From an uncultured Lachnospiraceae bacterium (GTDB lineage: Bacteria; Bacillota; Clostridia; Lachnospirales; Lachnospiraceae): a stretch of DNA of 64,000 bases. The stretch's first letter is position 1; the number at the start of each line of letters is the position of its first letter. A program made the position numbers and the translations under genes. The stretch is taken from positions 23,059-87,058 of the forward strand of contig CAUAFT010000012.1 of the NCBI GenBank assembly GCA_958428365.1, written 5' to 3'. A model generated the notes under the pieces. It worked only from the letters and a program-made list of their open reading frames with translations. It searched no databases and was not told the origin of the DNA. This document shows, one piece after another, positions 22,761-33,036 of the stretch.

Positions 22761-23324
22761 ATGACTATGATCCGAAAACACAGAAATATCATCATCGCAT
22801 CAGCCCTGATCCTGGGACTCTCCGGCTCCTTTGCCTTAGGCTCCCGTTATGCACAGAATCGAATCCATACCAGGATACTGGTATCTGATTCCACAGACAA
22901 TTCCGCCGAAAACGGCTCCGGAAATGATAAGATACTTCAAGGTGAACTCTCAAAAACATCACCGAACACCATTACAGTAAAAGGACTCTCCGAGACATCA
23001 CAGGGAGACAGCTCTGTAGAAGTATCTCTTGAATCCGAGGATCAGGAAGCTATCAGCTTAGAATATGCCAAGTCCTTATTATCAGAGATGCCGGACGCCC
23101 CATTATTGCAAAAAAACGCTGCGGAAAATTACGGCGACAGTTCTTTGCAGAATGCAATCGAGGACGTCAATGCCACCAGTAAAGATTCCACCGAGATCAT
23201 CCGTGAAGTCTGCGAGGAGGCAGGCATTGACCCGGACAAGGCCGTTGTAAAGGATCTGACCGCAGAACAGATTGCCAGGATCGATCAGGCAGTCTTTGAA
23301 GCATCGGATCATCCAAAAGACTAG
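22761..23324 (+). CDS. Exported or membrane-anchored acidic protein, first gene of a two-component operon
   Basis: SD AGGAGG, N-terminal hydrophobic helix, Ser/Asp/Glu-rich body. Confidence 0.7.
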   Translation: MTMIRKHRNIIIASALILGLSGSFALGSRYAQNRIHTRILVSDSTDNSAENGSGNDKILQGELSKTSPNTITVKGLSETSQGDSSVEVSLESEDQEAISLEYAKSLLSEMPDAPLLQKNAAENYGDSSLQNAIEDVNATSKDSTEIIREVCEEAGIDPDKAVVKDLTAEQIARIDQAVFEASDHPKD

Positions 23325-23333
23325 GAGCAACTT

Positions 23334-23987
23334 ATGGCTGTTATTTTCATTATAGAAGACGATAAAACCATCGCTGAACTTATGAACCGCTGCCTGTCCA
23401 TGACCGGGCATCACTGTCTCACTGCCTCTTCGGGCAGTGAGGCTCTTTCCATTTTTAAAGAACAGAACCCAGATCTGATCTTACTGGATATCAATCTGCC
23501 TGATGTGGACGGTTTCACTCTGGCAACACAGCTTCCGGATCCAAAGCCTCCCGTAATCTATGTCACCGCCAGAAGCGATATCTCCGACCGGGTACGGGGA
23601 CTCAACGGCGGCGCCGAGGATTATATCGTGAAACCTTTTGACTTCCAGGAATTGATTGCCAGAGTCAATGTGGTACTCCGCCGTTATCATAAAGAGGAAA
23701 GTCTCTTTCAATGCAACGGCGTTACGGTTCATTTAGATGATTATAAGGCATACCGCGGCGATAGGGAGATTCCCATGACAAAGCAGGAATTTGAACTTCT
23801 CCGTGCCCTGATCCTTAACAAGAACCTCACCCTCACCAGAGATCAGCTCTTAAACGCCGCCTGGGGATGGGACTACGATGGAGACGCTCGCACGGTAGAC
23901 GTGCATATTTTACGGCTCCGCAAAAAATTACATTGGGAAAACTATATCAAAACTGTATACAAGATTGGTTATCGATTGGAGGTCTGA
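23334..23987 (+). CDS. OmpR-family response regulator
   Basis: IEDD, LLDINLP, KPF, RTVDVHILRLRKKL, VYKIGY. Confidence 0.94.
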   Translation: MAVIFIIEDDKTIAELMNRCLSMTGHHCLTASSGSEALSIFKEQNPDLILLDINLPDVDGFTLATQLPDPKPPVIYVTARSDISDRVRGLNGGAEDYIVKPFDFQELIARVNVVLRRYHKEESLFQCNGVTVHLDDYKAYRGDREIPMTKQEFELLRALILNKNLTLTRDQLLNAAWGWDYDGDARTVDVHILRLRKKLHWENYIKTVYKIGYRLEV

Positions 23988-23988
23988 T

Positions 23989-25149
23989 ATGAAACTTTGG
24001 GAAAAAACTTATTTATTGACGGTTACGATCATCCTTCTGACCTTATATGGAAGCCTCTTTCTGATTCTGAACATGTCTTACCGCAACAACTTCCGTCAGC
24101 TCTATGACAATGCCTTTCAAACGGAACAGAGTATCCTTCTGTCCACTCAGTCGATTTTTTCTATGGAAAATCCTGAGGATAAACTAAGCCTCTACTGTAA
24201 TTCCATGAAAAAGCTGGGAATTTCCACTGCCATCTACTATAACGGAGAACTCCTGAGCTGTCATCTTCCCTTCACTCCCGATGATCCAAAAGGTCTTACG
24301 AAAGGGTCTCAGATCGTTGCAGATCAGGGAGAAAAGTATCTGCTGCTCTTTGACTCCTATCTTTCTCCGGATAAAGGTTCGGATGTAAATACAGAGATAG
24401 ATGACAGCGCACAGTTTACACTGTTCTATGCAAGACCTCTGGACGACTTTTATCAGGCTTTTTACCGTCAGATGGGATCCTTCCTCCTCACTGCCGCCCT
24501 GATCTCCATACTGCTCATGATCATTCTCTACCTGTGCATGAATCGGATCTACCGCCCTGTTCACAATATCGCCCATGAGCTGCGGACTCCTCTCACCTCG
24601 ATTCAGGGTTATGCCCAATATATCCTGCTGGGCAAGCTAAAGGAAGAGGATATTCATTTTGCCAGTGAACAGATACATCGGGAGGCAAAGTACATGAACG
24701 AGATCATCGAACGGCTACTGGCAATGGAACAGTTGGGGAATCACCAGATTTCCATGAAAAAAATAGATCCTGATGATCTGTTTTCCACCATCAGAACCTA
24801 TTATCCCTCCATTACGATTCACAACGAAATGGCGGACTTGATCGGAGACCGCTCCCTACTATTGTCTCTGCTTTTGAATCTGATCTCTAATATCAGCCGC
24901 GACGGAGGCGAGACCTGTCTTACCGCCTCAGAACATGAGATCCGTATCAACAACCCGGAGGATTTCATTGAACCGGAGCTTTTGATATTCTTGAATAAGA
25001 ACCGCTCCCTTCCGAAAAACAGAATCCACGGAAGAGGTCTTGGGGTTCCGCTGTGTCATGAGATCGTAAAGCTCCATCAGGGAACCCTGCGGTATGAATC
25101 CACAAAGGAGGATGGTACTACGGTGGTGATTCAACTGGGTCCTAATTAG
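23989..25149 (+). CDS. Sensor histidine kinase with an atypical HATPase domain
   Basis: Two TMs, H-box AHELRTPLT, G2 GRGLG; N and G1 boxes are degenerate. Confidence 0.82.
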   Translation: MKLWEKTYLLTVTIILLTLYGSLFLILNMSYRNNFRQLYDNAFQTEQSILLSTQSIFSMENPEDKLSLYCNSMKKLGISTAIYYNGELLSCHLPFTPDDPKGLTKGSQIVADQGEKYLLLFDSYLSPDKGSDVNTEIDDSAQFTLFYARPLDDFYQAFYRQMGSFLLTAALISILLMIILYLCMNRIYRPVHNIAHELRTPLTSIQGYAQYILLGKLKEEDIHFASEQIHREAKYMNEIIERLLAMEQLGNHQISMKKIDPDDLFSTIRTYYPSITIHNEMADLIGDRSLLLSLLLNLISNISRDGGETCLTASEHEIRINNPEDFIEPELLIFLNKNRSLPKNRIHGRGLGVPLCHEIVKLHQGTLRYESTKEDGTTVVIQLGPN

Positions 25150-25678
25150 ATATTTTCTTCAATCCCCTCGCCTTTATCGATCCATAGATCTCCCGATACA
25201 CCGACACATACTCCTCATAATTCAGGATGCACCGATATCCCAGAACCTCCATCTCCGTTCCAAACACGTCCACCAGCATCCCTGTTTCTGTCATTTGATT
25301 CCTGAGATAAAAATGCTTCCGTCGTTCTCTGTCTGCCTGATTCTCCGCCCTTCCATAAGTGCTCTCGATCTCCAGGAAAAACCGCTTATCCCCATAATGC
25401 TTCTGTAGCATCTTAAGGGCATGGGAACCGCAGCCTCCTCCTCGCTTCTTTTCTGCCATGGCAAAATAGTCCAGCAGCACCAGATCCTTCGCTTTCATGG
25501 TAATTGCCAGACCTGTGAACTCGTCCCCTTCTTCTATCCGCCAGATATCCACAAGCCCCTTTCTCTGCTTGTGTTTTATCAACCAAAAGGGTTTCTTCTC
25601 ACAGACTGGAAATGCCTCTTCATAAAGATCCTTAACCTCTGCAAGCTCTGCCCTCGTTTTTGCTCTTTTAAACTTCAT
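25142..25678 (-). CDS. GNAT-family N-acetyltransferase
   Basis: LLDYFAMAEKKRGGGCGS, RRKHFYLRN. Confidence 0.85.
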   Translation of the reverse strand: MKFKRAKTRAELAEVKDLYEEAFPVCEKKPFWLIKHKQRKGLVDIWRIEEGDEFTGLAITMKAKDLVLLDYFAMAEKKRGGGCGSHALKMLQKHYGDKRFFLEIESTYGRAENQADRERRKHFYLRNQMTETGMLVDVFGTEMEVLGYRCILNYEEYVSVYREIYGSIKARGLKKISN

Positions 25679-25721
25679 CCTTTTCCTGACCTTCTACTTC
25701 CTGATTCTGTCTATATAACTT

Positions 25722-27431
25722 CTAGTTTTCCACCTTCAATAATCCACGGCATCGATTCAGCGCAGCATAAAGCTCCTGCTTTCTCGGCAGGATCAGATTC
25801 CCCGGCACGTCCCCCTGGCAGAATGCCTCGAATCCTTCCCGCTGTGCCTTCTCATAAAACACTTCCACCGCTTCCTGCAGAGTTCTCTTTCCATCGAAAT
25901 AATGCAGCTTCATAGACTTTATCATCAATCCCAGCGCCGTCAGCTGCTCCTGATCCACCAACTGCTCCACCAGACGCAGATCAATATTTTCCTTATTAAT
26001 GGAGATACTCTCTTTTCCCAATGTTTTGATCTTAATGCGGCTCTCCTTTGCAAAGGCTCCATCCCGCTTCACAACACGCTGCATGGACGGTTTCTCTGCT
26101 GGCTGCATATGCTCCAGCACCAGAGGAAACTGTTCCGCTTCCTTCTTCGCAAGCTCCGTAATCTCCACCGGCACATAACGGTTCATCTGAATGATATGGT
26201 CTGCCTTGTGGAAATAGGAACCGGAGCTGCCTGCCACCAGGATCGTAGAGATCCCATCCTCCTCGTACAACTCCCTTACCCGGTCGATAAACGGGATGAT
26301 CGGTTCCTCCTCCCGGTGAACCACCCTCTGCATCAGTTCATCCCGGATCATGAAGTTGGTAGCGCTGGTATCCTCATCGATGAGAAACAGTCCTGCCCCA
26401 GCCTCCATGGCTTCTACGGTATTCGCCGCCTGGGAGGTACTGCCGCTGGCATCCTCCGTATAGAAGGAAGTGGTATCCTTTCCGTTTGGAAGATTCTGGA
26501 TAAACATGGAGATATCCACCTTCTGAATACTTCTTCCATCCTCAGCCCGCAGCTTCACTCCGCTGTCGTCGGTAATGACATATTCTCTGCCATCCCCGGC
26601 AATGTGATTGTACACACCCAGCTCCAGAGCCTTTAACAGTGTAGACTTACCATGATACCCTCCTCCCACGATCAAAGTGACTCCTTTTGGTATTCCCATT
26701 CCGCTTATCTTTCCATGGTGTGGCAGATCCATGCTGATTTCCATGGATTTTGGCGATGTAAATGCTACGGCTCCTTTCATCGGCAGCATAGAGACTCCTG
26801 ATTTTCTTGGCAGGATAGATCCATTGGCAACAAAGGCGGTAAGCCCCCGTTTTGGCAGTTCTTCCCGGATATATTGCTGATCCACCGCCAGATGTACCGT
26901 CCTCTCCAACTCCTCTCTGGAATAGGAGCTTTGATACATCGCATGTTTTACACAGATCGGAAGAAAATTAAATAATATTTTAATTAATTCTCCTGCGTTT
27001 ACTGTTCTGCCGTTGGCAGGGAAGCCAACCTCCATTCTCACCGTCACATTTCCGCTCTTAGTATCCACCACACAGGCGCTTCGATTGAGCACCTCCTGCT
27101 CCGGATTGCTAACAGAGATCAGGCCGCTCTTGCCGGAACCTTTTGCTTTGAAAGAATATTCTTTCACCTTCGCTGCCATCCTTCTTAAAATATGGTCCTG
27201 AAGGGCAATCCTTTTACACTCTTCATCATAAAAATAAGTATCAAATGCCGCCTTTTTTCCGGAAACATGGACGCTGACCTTAGATGGGGATGCAAAGGGA
27301 TCTCCCTGTACATGATCTATGGATAACACAAATCCCGGAAACTGATAGGATCCTCTGGTATCCTTATACGCCGGATACCCCTTATGGTCGATCCTCTGTA
27401 ACAGACTACGCAATTCTTCTGATGATTTCAT
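25722..27431 (-). CDS. ABC-ATPase domain protein (COG3044-like)
   Basis: HVQGDPFASPS, GGGYHGKST, ASGSTSQAAN, LIDEDTSATN. Confidence 0.9.
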   Translation of the reverse strand: MKSSEELRSLLQRIDHKGYPAYKDTRGSYQFPGFVLSIDHVQGDPFASPSKVSVHVSGKKAAFDTYFYDEECKRIALQDHILRRMAAKVKEYSFKAKGSGKSGLISVSNPEQEVLNRSACVVDTKSGNVTVRMEVGFPANGRTVNAGELIKILFNFLPICVKHAMYQSSYSREELERTVHLAVDQQYIREELPKRGLTAFVANGSILPRKSGVSMLPMKGAVAFTSPKSMEISMDLPHHGKISGMGIPKGVTLIVGGGYHGKSTLLKALELGVYNHIAGDGREYVITDDSGVKLRAEDGRSIQKVDISMFIQNLPNGKDTTSFYTEDASGSTSQAANTVEAMEAGAGLFLIDEDTSATNFMIRDELMQRVVHREEEPIIPFIDRVRELYEEDGISTILVAGSSGSYFHKADHIIQMNRYVPVEITELAKKEAEQFPLVLEHMQPAEKPSMQRVVKRDGAFAKESRIKIKTLGKESISINKENIDLRLVEQLVDQEQLTALGLMIKSMKLHYFDGKRTLQEAVEVFYEKAQREGFEAFCQGDVPGNLILPRKQELYAALNRCRGLLKVEN

Positions 27432-27683
27432 ACTACTATTTATCCTCCTCTGAATAAAAATAAAAGGCTATGATATATCCCTGATATTATACCACAGCCA
27501 TTCCGATTTGCCATCCAAACTTCATTCATGCACTTATTGTGCCTTGTCTAAAAAACCGCCGACACTATGAGTAACAGGAAGGTAATATTAATCATTAAAA
27601 TTATTTTCAGCAATTTTGTATTCAAAACCAAATCTATAATTTATAAAATTATTGAATATGTAATACTGAAAGTCGTTCCTTTA

Positions 27684-28322
27684 TCATATACGGTAGACCT
27701 CACCCGCTTTGATCTTATATACTTCTCCTAAAAAATCTGTCTTTCCATTGTGGCAAATAATGATACTATTATCACACAATCCATATAGATCATATTTTTT
27801 CGATAATTCCAATAATTCCTCTGATATTTTTTCAACTTCAAAATGTGGTTCCACAGAAATATCCACACAACCCAGCCCCTGATATATCTTCTGCTCACAG
27901 TGCCCACATGACAGAGTACAGATGGATGTCTTAGATAAGTTAATCGCCCCGGCACTCATACCAATCACAATTCCTGTATGTTGCCGGATAACTTCATCTA
28001 ATCCATATTCCAACAAATACTGATGCTCTACTATGGTATCCCCGCCGGAAAGCCAAACCACATCTGCTTCCTCTACCTTTCTCCGGGCATCTTCCTTTGC
28101 CATTCTTCCATCCACCACACAGGCTTCTTGAAAGATCATGTCTTTTTCACGAAACATATTCAGAAATAACCTAAAGTACTCATCTGTCTTTTTATAATTC
28201 CCTTCAAATTCTGAAGCAATAAATGCAAACTTATTTCTATTTTGAATGAGTCTATTAAGTTCTTCTGCCACCTGGTTATTAAAACCATTTGGAAACATAC
28301 TGCTTAATATATATGTGTTCAT
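27684..28322 (-). CDS. Peptidase S51 family (dipeptidase E / cyanophycinase-like)
   Basis: WLSGGDT, GMSAGA (nucleophile Ser), EPHF. Confidence 0.85.
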   Translation of the reverse strand: MNTYILSSMFPNGFNNQVAEELNRLIQNRNKFAFIASEFEGNYKKTDEYFRLFLNMFREKDMIFQEACVVDGRMAKEDARRKVEEADVVWLSGGDTIVEHQYLLEYGLDEVIRQHTGIVIGMSAGAINLSKTSICTLSCGHCEQKIYQGLGCVDISVEPHFEVEKISEELLELSKKYDLYGLCDNSIIICHNGKTDFLGEVYKIKAGEVYRI

Positions 28323-28388
28323 GATTCCTCCTTATATTTTTCTAGAGTAAATGCCAAATAATATTACAGTCAAACTTGAATTAATTCG

Positions 28389-29597
28389 TCACCTATGTAT
28401 TCTTTTTGGTTCAAAACTTATCGCAAAAAAAATCAACGCCGTTGCAAATATCAATACCCCCGACACAAAAAAAATCATCTCCAAATATTTTTCTCCAAGA
28501 TAACCATATACAACATATGATATAGGTGTTCCAGCAAGCGCTAATGAAAACACAATAGAAAAAATACGTCCTATGAATTCTTCACTCACATTTAATTGAA
28601 CATATGACATAAATATAGTATTAAAATATCCCAATACCGCTCCAAAAACTGCTACAACAACATATAAAAACATTCTATTTCTGCCAAATGATAAAATTGC
28701 AAATATCACCCCTATTGCTGCTGTGTATTTATATAATTTACTAATTTTCAATTCTATGTTTTTTACAAAAAACATGAACAATGTCACACACATTCCACCC
28801 ACAGCGTAAAATATCAACATATTAGAATATGTTATCTCATCTTCATGAATTATCTGATATACATATGCAGGAAGGACTATATCGAATGATGCTATAAATA
28901 TATTTGCTACAGTAGACAACATAATAATATTTAATATAGTTTTATTATCTTTTAAATACGAAAAACCATCTAAAAAATCATTTACAAAAGAACTCTTTTT
29001 TAATCTACCTTCTTTGTTAGGTTCATCGGCTTTAATAAAAACTTCTGATATAGCCGATATTCCAAAAGAGATTCCATCCAAAAATATTGATATAGCCGCA
29101 CCATTTGGAAATGCTGACATCAAAATAGCTGCTACCCCAGGACCAATTATTTTAGAAATTTCACCTATATTTGCACTTAATGAATTAGCTTTAACAAAAT
29201 CTTCTTTGTGTACTATATATGGTACTATTGCCTTTACCGCTGGTTTAAAAATAGAACTGCATAAACCTAATATAAAACTTGCAACTATATATAAAAAAGT
29301 ATTTTCCACCTCCCTATATATTAATATACTTACCCATATTCCTGCAATAGCACTTATGCTATCAGTAACAATTAATATTTTTTTCTTATTGAAATAATCA
29401 ACAATTACCCCACTTATAGGTAATGCCAATACTGTACCTATTGTTGATGCCCCTAAAATATAACCTATCGCAACTGTGCTTCCTGTTTGTGTTGTTATCC
29501 ACCAACTAAGTGCAATATTATAAATTACTGTTCCTGTACGGGAAACAAAATTCCCCAATAATAATAATATAAAACTTCTATTGTGTAATAATCTCAT
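28389..29597 (-). CDS. MFS exporter (DHA3/MefA-like)
   Basis: About 12 TMs, GVIVDYFNKKKIL motif A, FIGRIFS. Confidence 0.92.
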   Translation of the reverse strand: MRLLHNRSFILLLLGNFVSRTGTVIYNIALSWWITTQTGSTVAIGYILGASTIGTVLALPISGVIVDYFNKKKILIVTDSISAIAGIWVSILIYREVENTFLYIVASFILGLCSSIFKPAVKAIVPYIVHKEDFVKANSLSANIGEISKIIGPGVAAILMSAFPNGAAISIFLDGISFGISAISEVFIKADEPNKEGRLKKSSFVNDFLDGFSYLKDNKTILNIIMLSTVANIFIASFDIVLPAYVYQIIHEDEITYSNMLIFYAVGGMCVTLFMFFVKNIELKISKLYKYTAAIGVIFAILSFGRNRMFLYVVVAVFGAVLGYFNTIFMSYVQLNVSEEFIGRIFSIVFSLALAGTPISYVVYGYLGEKYLEMIFFVSGVLIFATALIFFAISFEPKRIHR

Positions 29598-29601
29598 TTT
29601 C

Positions 29602-30834
29602 TCAATCCATATATTCTATACAGCAGTTATTCTCCAAATCTTGTACTGCTTCTATCAAATCACTTTTCTCTCTACTATCTACTGTTGCTAAAATAAATAT
29701 AATGTATTTTTGTATTTGTTGAATACTCATAATTTTATCACCATAACCAACAAACTTCTGAATATGTATAATACTAATTTTAGAATCTAATTTTTTTTCA
29801 TTAAAAACAACATCTTTTATAATTCCAGATCTTGCTTTTGGATATGAATATAACAAATGAAAGCAATTATTTTTTACTTCTTTTTTATCTTCTATTTTTC
29901 TTCCTGTCATCACTTCATAATATGCTTTCAAAAAATCTATTTTTTGCTCTTCTTTAAATAGTTTATATAACATACCCGAACCGCCTGGTCTGAATGCACT
30001 TTCCAAAACATAATAATTTCTTCCCTCTTTTCTTAACTCTGTGTGTGTTGCTCCATTTCTAATTCCCATTACTTTTCCGATTTTATCACAGATATTATAT
30101 AATGTTTTTCTTTCCTTTTCATCCATATTCGGTTCTATATAATAAACATAATCTGGGAAAAAAACATTATCTTTATCATGAAGTCTTAATGTAATTCCAC
30201 GTAATACAGGCTTCCCAGCTTGCCAAATCATTTCTACGGCATATTCTTCGCCTGATATGTATTGCTCAACAAGAATTTTACCAAGCTTATCATTATTTAC
30301 TTTTTTTTGGAAAATATTAATTTTCTTTATATTCCTTGCTTGTTCTTTTAGCTCTATCCAATTTGATACTTTTCTCACACCATTACTGGCATAACTGTTT
30401 GATGGCTTAATTATCACAGGAAATTTTATTTTATCTTTATACTCTTCTAATTCATCTACATTATCAAAATCATATGCTTCCGGACATAATATTTGATTTT
30501 CTGTCAGTATCTTTTTCAATTCAACTTTATCTCTTACTGCTTCTGATTTTATATTATACGTTTTTGCTCCTACATTTTCTGCTATATCTGCTACTTTATT
30601 AACAATTTTCTCATCATAAGAAAAAATATAGTCATATTTTTTATTTTTAATAGCATCTGATATACTTAAGACATCATTATATTTAACATATACAATTTCT
30701 GTTTTATTTTTTAATTTACCTTTCATTAAATTATTCACCATCACAACATCTATACAATCCCCGAAAGACGTTGCAATTTCAATATATTCTTCCAACAATG
30801 TATCGTCCATAAGTATTAACAACACTTTTTTCAT
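29602..30834 (-). CDS. ATP-grasp L-amino-acid ligase-like enzyme
   Basis: RDKVELK, FPVIIKPSNSYASNGV, LVEQYISGEEYAVE, ATHTELR, ESAFRPGG. Confidence 0.88.
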   Translation of the reverse strand: MKKVLLILMDDTLLEEYIEIATSFGDCIDVVMVNNLMKGKLKNKTEIVYVKYNDVLSISDAIKNKKYDYIFSYDEKIVNKVADIAENVGAKTYNIKSEAVRDKVELKKILTENQILCPEAYDFDNVDELEEYKDKIKFPVIIKPSNSYASNGVRKVSNWIELKEQARNIKKINIFQKKVNNDKLGKILVEQYISGEEYAVEMIWQAGKPVLRGITLRLHDKDNVFFPDYVYYIEPNMDEKERKTLYNICDKIGKVMGIRNGATHTELRKEGRNYYVLESAFRPGGSGMLYKLFKEEQKIDFLKAYYEVMTGRKIEDKKEVKNNCFHLLYSYPKARSGIIKDVVFNEKKLDSKISIIHIQKFVGYGDKIMSIQQIQKYIIFILATVDSREKSDLIEAVQDLENNCCIEYMD

Positions 30835-30842
30835 AATTACCC

Positions 30843-32063
30843 CTAATCCATTTCAATCCATTCTACTATATTGGAAACTTCTCTCCCAATACTATCTTTT
30901 AATTTTTCTATTCTATCTTTTAATTTTACTGAGTATCTAAAAAATATTTTATATCTTTTCAAATCTGCACTTACAAGAATTTTTATACTTAATACATACT
31001 GCCTCGAAAGTTTGGGCAATGACTTTCTTAATATTTGATGCTCTGTAGATGCTTTAGTATCAACAGCTATAAGTAATATAATTGGCTCGATAAAAGACAA
31101 CGTCTCATCATCTTTAGAAAAAGATAATGCATAATTTTTTGAATTTAAATATGTTTTTTTCCTATACTCTCTATATAAATTAATTATCTTATTGAATGAT
31201 TCTTTAAAATCACATAAAAGAATAATTTCATCATGAAAATCTCCAAAATCTTTAAACTCTACAAAATCTGCAAATGTTCTACCATTGGTTAAAATATTTA
31301 TTGGAATACTTTCAATTTCATTTCCAAAAATATTAAATAATGATTTTCCAATAACCAAAACCCAAAACTCCTCAATGGATATCTTTTTATATTTATAAAA
31401 ATTTTTTACCTCAACCTCCATCATAGATTCCATGACTTCTTCAGATAAATACTCTCTTATCATAATTTTTTTTATTTCTTTATATTTTGTAAAATCACTC
31501 TTTTGATCCAATGGCAAATTATGTAAATAGCAAAAAAAATTTTTTATAGTATTTTCAGACATTCTTTCCACATCATTAATATATCTACTCAGAGGAAAAC
31601 CTCCATCAAAAATCATATGACTAAATACTGCGCAAACATATATTTTATTACTTTTTTCAATCAAAACAATGCTATACATTGCATTCTTTTGCTTATCTAT
31701 TTTCATCTGATATTTTGACAAAAGATATATTATATCCTCTAATCTTTCTTCTTTTCCTAACCTAATTCTAGGAATACCTAATTTTTTATTGTATTTTAAA
31801 ATTTTTAGTTCGTCATCTTCTAATGTTACGATAGATCTCATCAAACTTTGCCGCTCAATAATGAGCTTTAAATTTTCTTCTATTTTGTCTATAGAATATT
31901 TCTCTTCTACATTACATATAAATGGTTCTATAAACTCTTTATTCTGTTTATAATAGGCATATTTTTTCATAATAGGAGGTAATTCACATCTCATTTCAAT
32001 TTCTTGAGAACATATATCAAAATTAAATTGATTCAACCTTTTTATAATTTTCTCTTCATTCAT
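30843..32063 (-). CDS. Stand-alone NRPS-type condensation domain
   Basis: SHMIFDGG (HHxxxDG variant), LIIERQSLMRS (RHExLRT-like), TNGR...FGDFHDEI (GR...GxFxN-like); 406 aa, single-domain size. Confidence 0.75.
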   Translation of the reverse strand: MNEEKIIKRLNQFNFDICSQEIEMRCELPPIMKKYAYYKQNKEFIEPFICNVEEKYSIDKIEENLKLIIERQSLMRSIVTLEDDELKILKYNKKLGIPRIRLGKEERLEDIIYLLSKYQMKIDKQKNAMYSIVLIEKSNKIYVCAVFSHMIFDGGFPLSRYINDVERMSENTIKNFFCYLHNLPLDQKSDFTKYKEIKKIMIREYLSEEVMESMMEVEVKNFYKYKKISIEEFWVLVIGKSLFNIFGNEIESIPINILTNGRTFADFVEFKDFGDFHDEIILLCDFKESFNKIINLYREYRKKTYLNSKNYALSFSKDDETLSFIEPIILLIAVDTKASTEHQILRKSLPKLSRQYVLSIKILVSADLKRYKIFFRYSVKLKDRIEKLKDSIGREVSNIVEWIEMD

Positions 32064-32992
32064 TTTGACTCTATTCTCCTTATTAACTCAAACAATCTAT
32101 CTATTCCAATTCCTACACACATAGAATCTGCCATCTTTCCATCACAGGTACATATTTTATATTTTTTTGTAAAACTCTTCATATGCATATTTATAGAACT
32201 TACAGCTATATATTTATTATTTATATCATCATATATTTGCAATTCCAATTTTGTTTTATTAAGAAATTGATATAATAATAAGTCTGGTGCATCTGAAATA
32301 AATGAATCGTTTGCAATACAAAATTTGTAATTACTAAATAAACCTTTTACCAAAAAATATTCTAAATAAATAATTTTATTTCTATAATCTTCCAACTGCA
32401 ATGGACTGGAGAATAATACCATTTCAACCATAGTAAATTTTTCTTTTCGAAAAATATCTAAATAATCTTCATGTCTATAACATTTTCCTTCTATTACATA
32501 CTTTTCTGGAGCTTCTTTTACTAAACAATAACAATGATGACACAAAGCATAGGTCATATACCTGTCATCATTTATCACAATATGATCCAATTTATTTAAT
32601 TCTAATTCATTTACAACTTTTTTATTTATATTTTCATCCGCCTCAAAATATTTCTCAACATCGAATATTTCACAAAACATTTTTCTAATATATATTTTTA
32701 AATCCTCAATATTTAAACAATTTTCCAAAATACTATTTTTCTCAAAAAAACTTTTAACTTTATGTATAAATCTCTCATCTGCTTTTAGTCGGTTTTCCAA
32801 TTTTTTACAATCAATCTGTGTACTGTTTATAATAAAATCCAAAGATTTCTTATTCCATAGTTTCCTAAATAATTTTGCTTTTTTTTCTTTATCTTTTCTT
32901 TCTTCGCAAGATTTTAGATATTGTTGTATCGCAGATTCTACTTCTATTGGCACCTGATTTTTACCCATAATACTTTTTTTGATCTTTGACAA
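32060..32992 (-). CDS. Atypical SerRS-like class II aaRS paralogue, probable amino acid:[carrier protein] ligase
   Basis: YALCHHCY, KCYRHE...RKEKFTMVE (motif 2), ANDSF, KLEL, SSINMH, SMCVGIGIDRL (motif 3). Cys/Glu/Cys zinc ligands are present; no obvious tRNA-binding domain. Confidence 0.8.
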   Translation of the reverse strand: MSKIKKSIMGKNQVPIEVESAIQQYLKSCEERKDKEKKAKLFRKLWNKKSLDFIINSTQIDCKKLENRLKADERFIHKVKSFFEKNSILENCLNIEDLKIYIRKMFCEIFDVEKYFEADENINKKVVNELELNKLDHIVINDDRYMTYALCHHCYCLVKEAPEKYVIEGKCYRHEDYLDIFRKEKFTMVEMVLFSSPLQLEDYRNKIIYLEYFLVKGLFSNYKFCIANDSFISDAPDLLLYQFLNKTKLELQIYDDINNKYIAVSSINMHMKSFTKKYKICTCDGKMADSMCVGIGIDRLFELIRRIESK

Positions 32993-33036
32993 AGCAAAGC
33001 GTCAAACTCCTTTCCTAATTATATTTAATAATATTC

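Noticed and set aside
32060..32992. Housekeeping or self-resistance seryl-tRNA synthetase
   Set aside because: It is only 310 aa, lacks a recognisable tRNA-binding domain and sits beside a carrier protein, so a carrier-protein ligase fits better. Not fully excluded.
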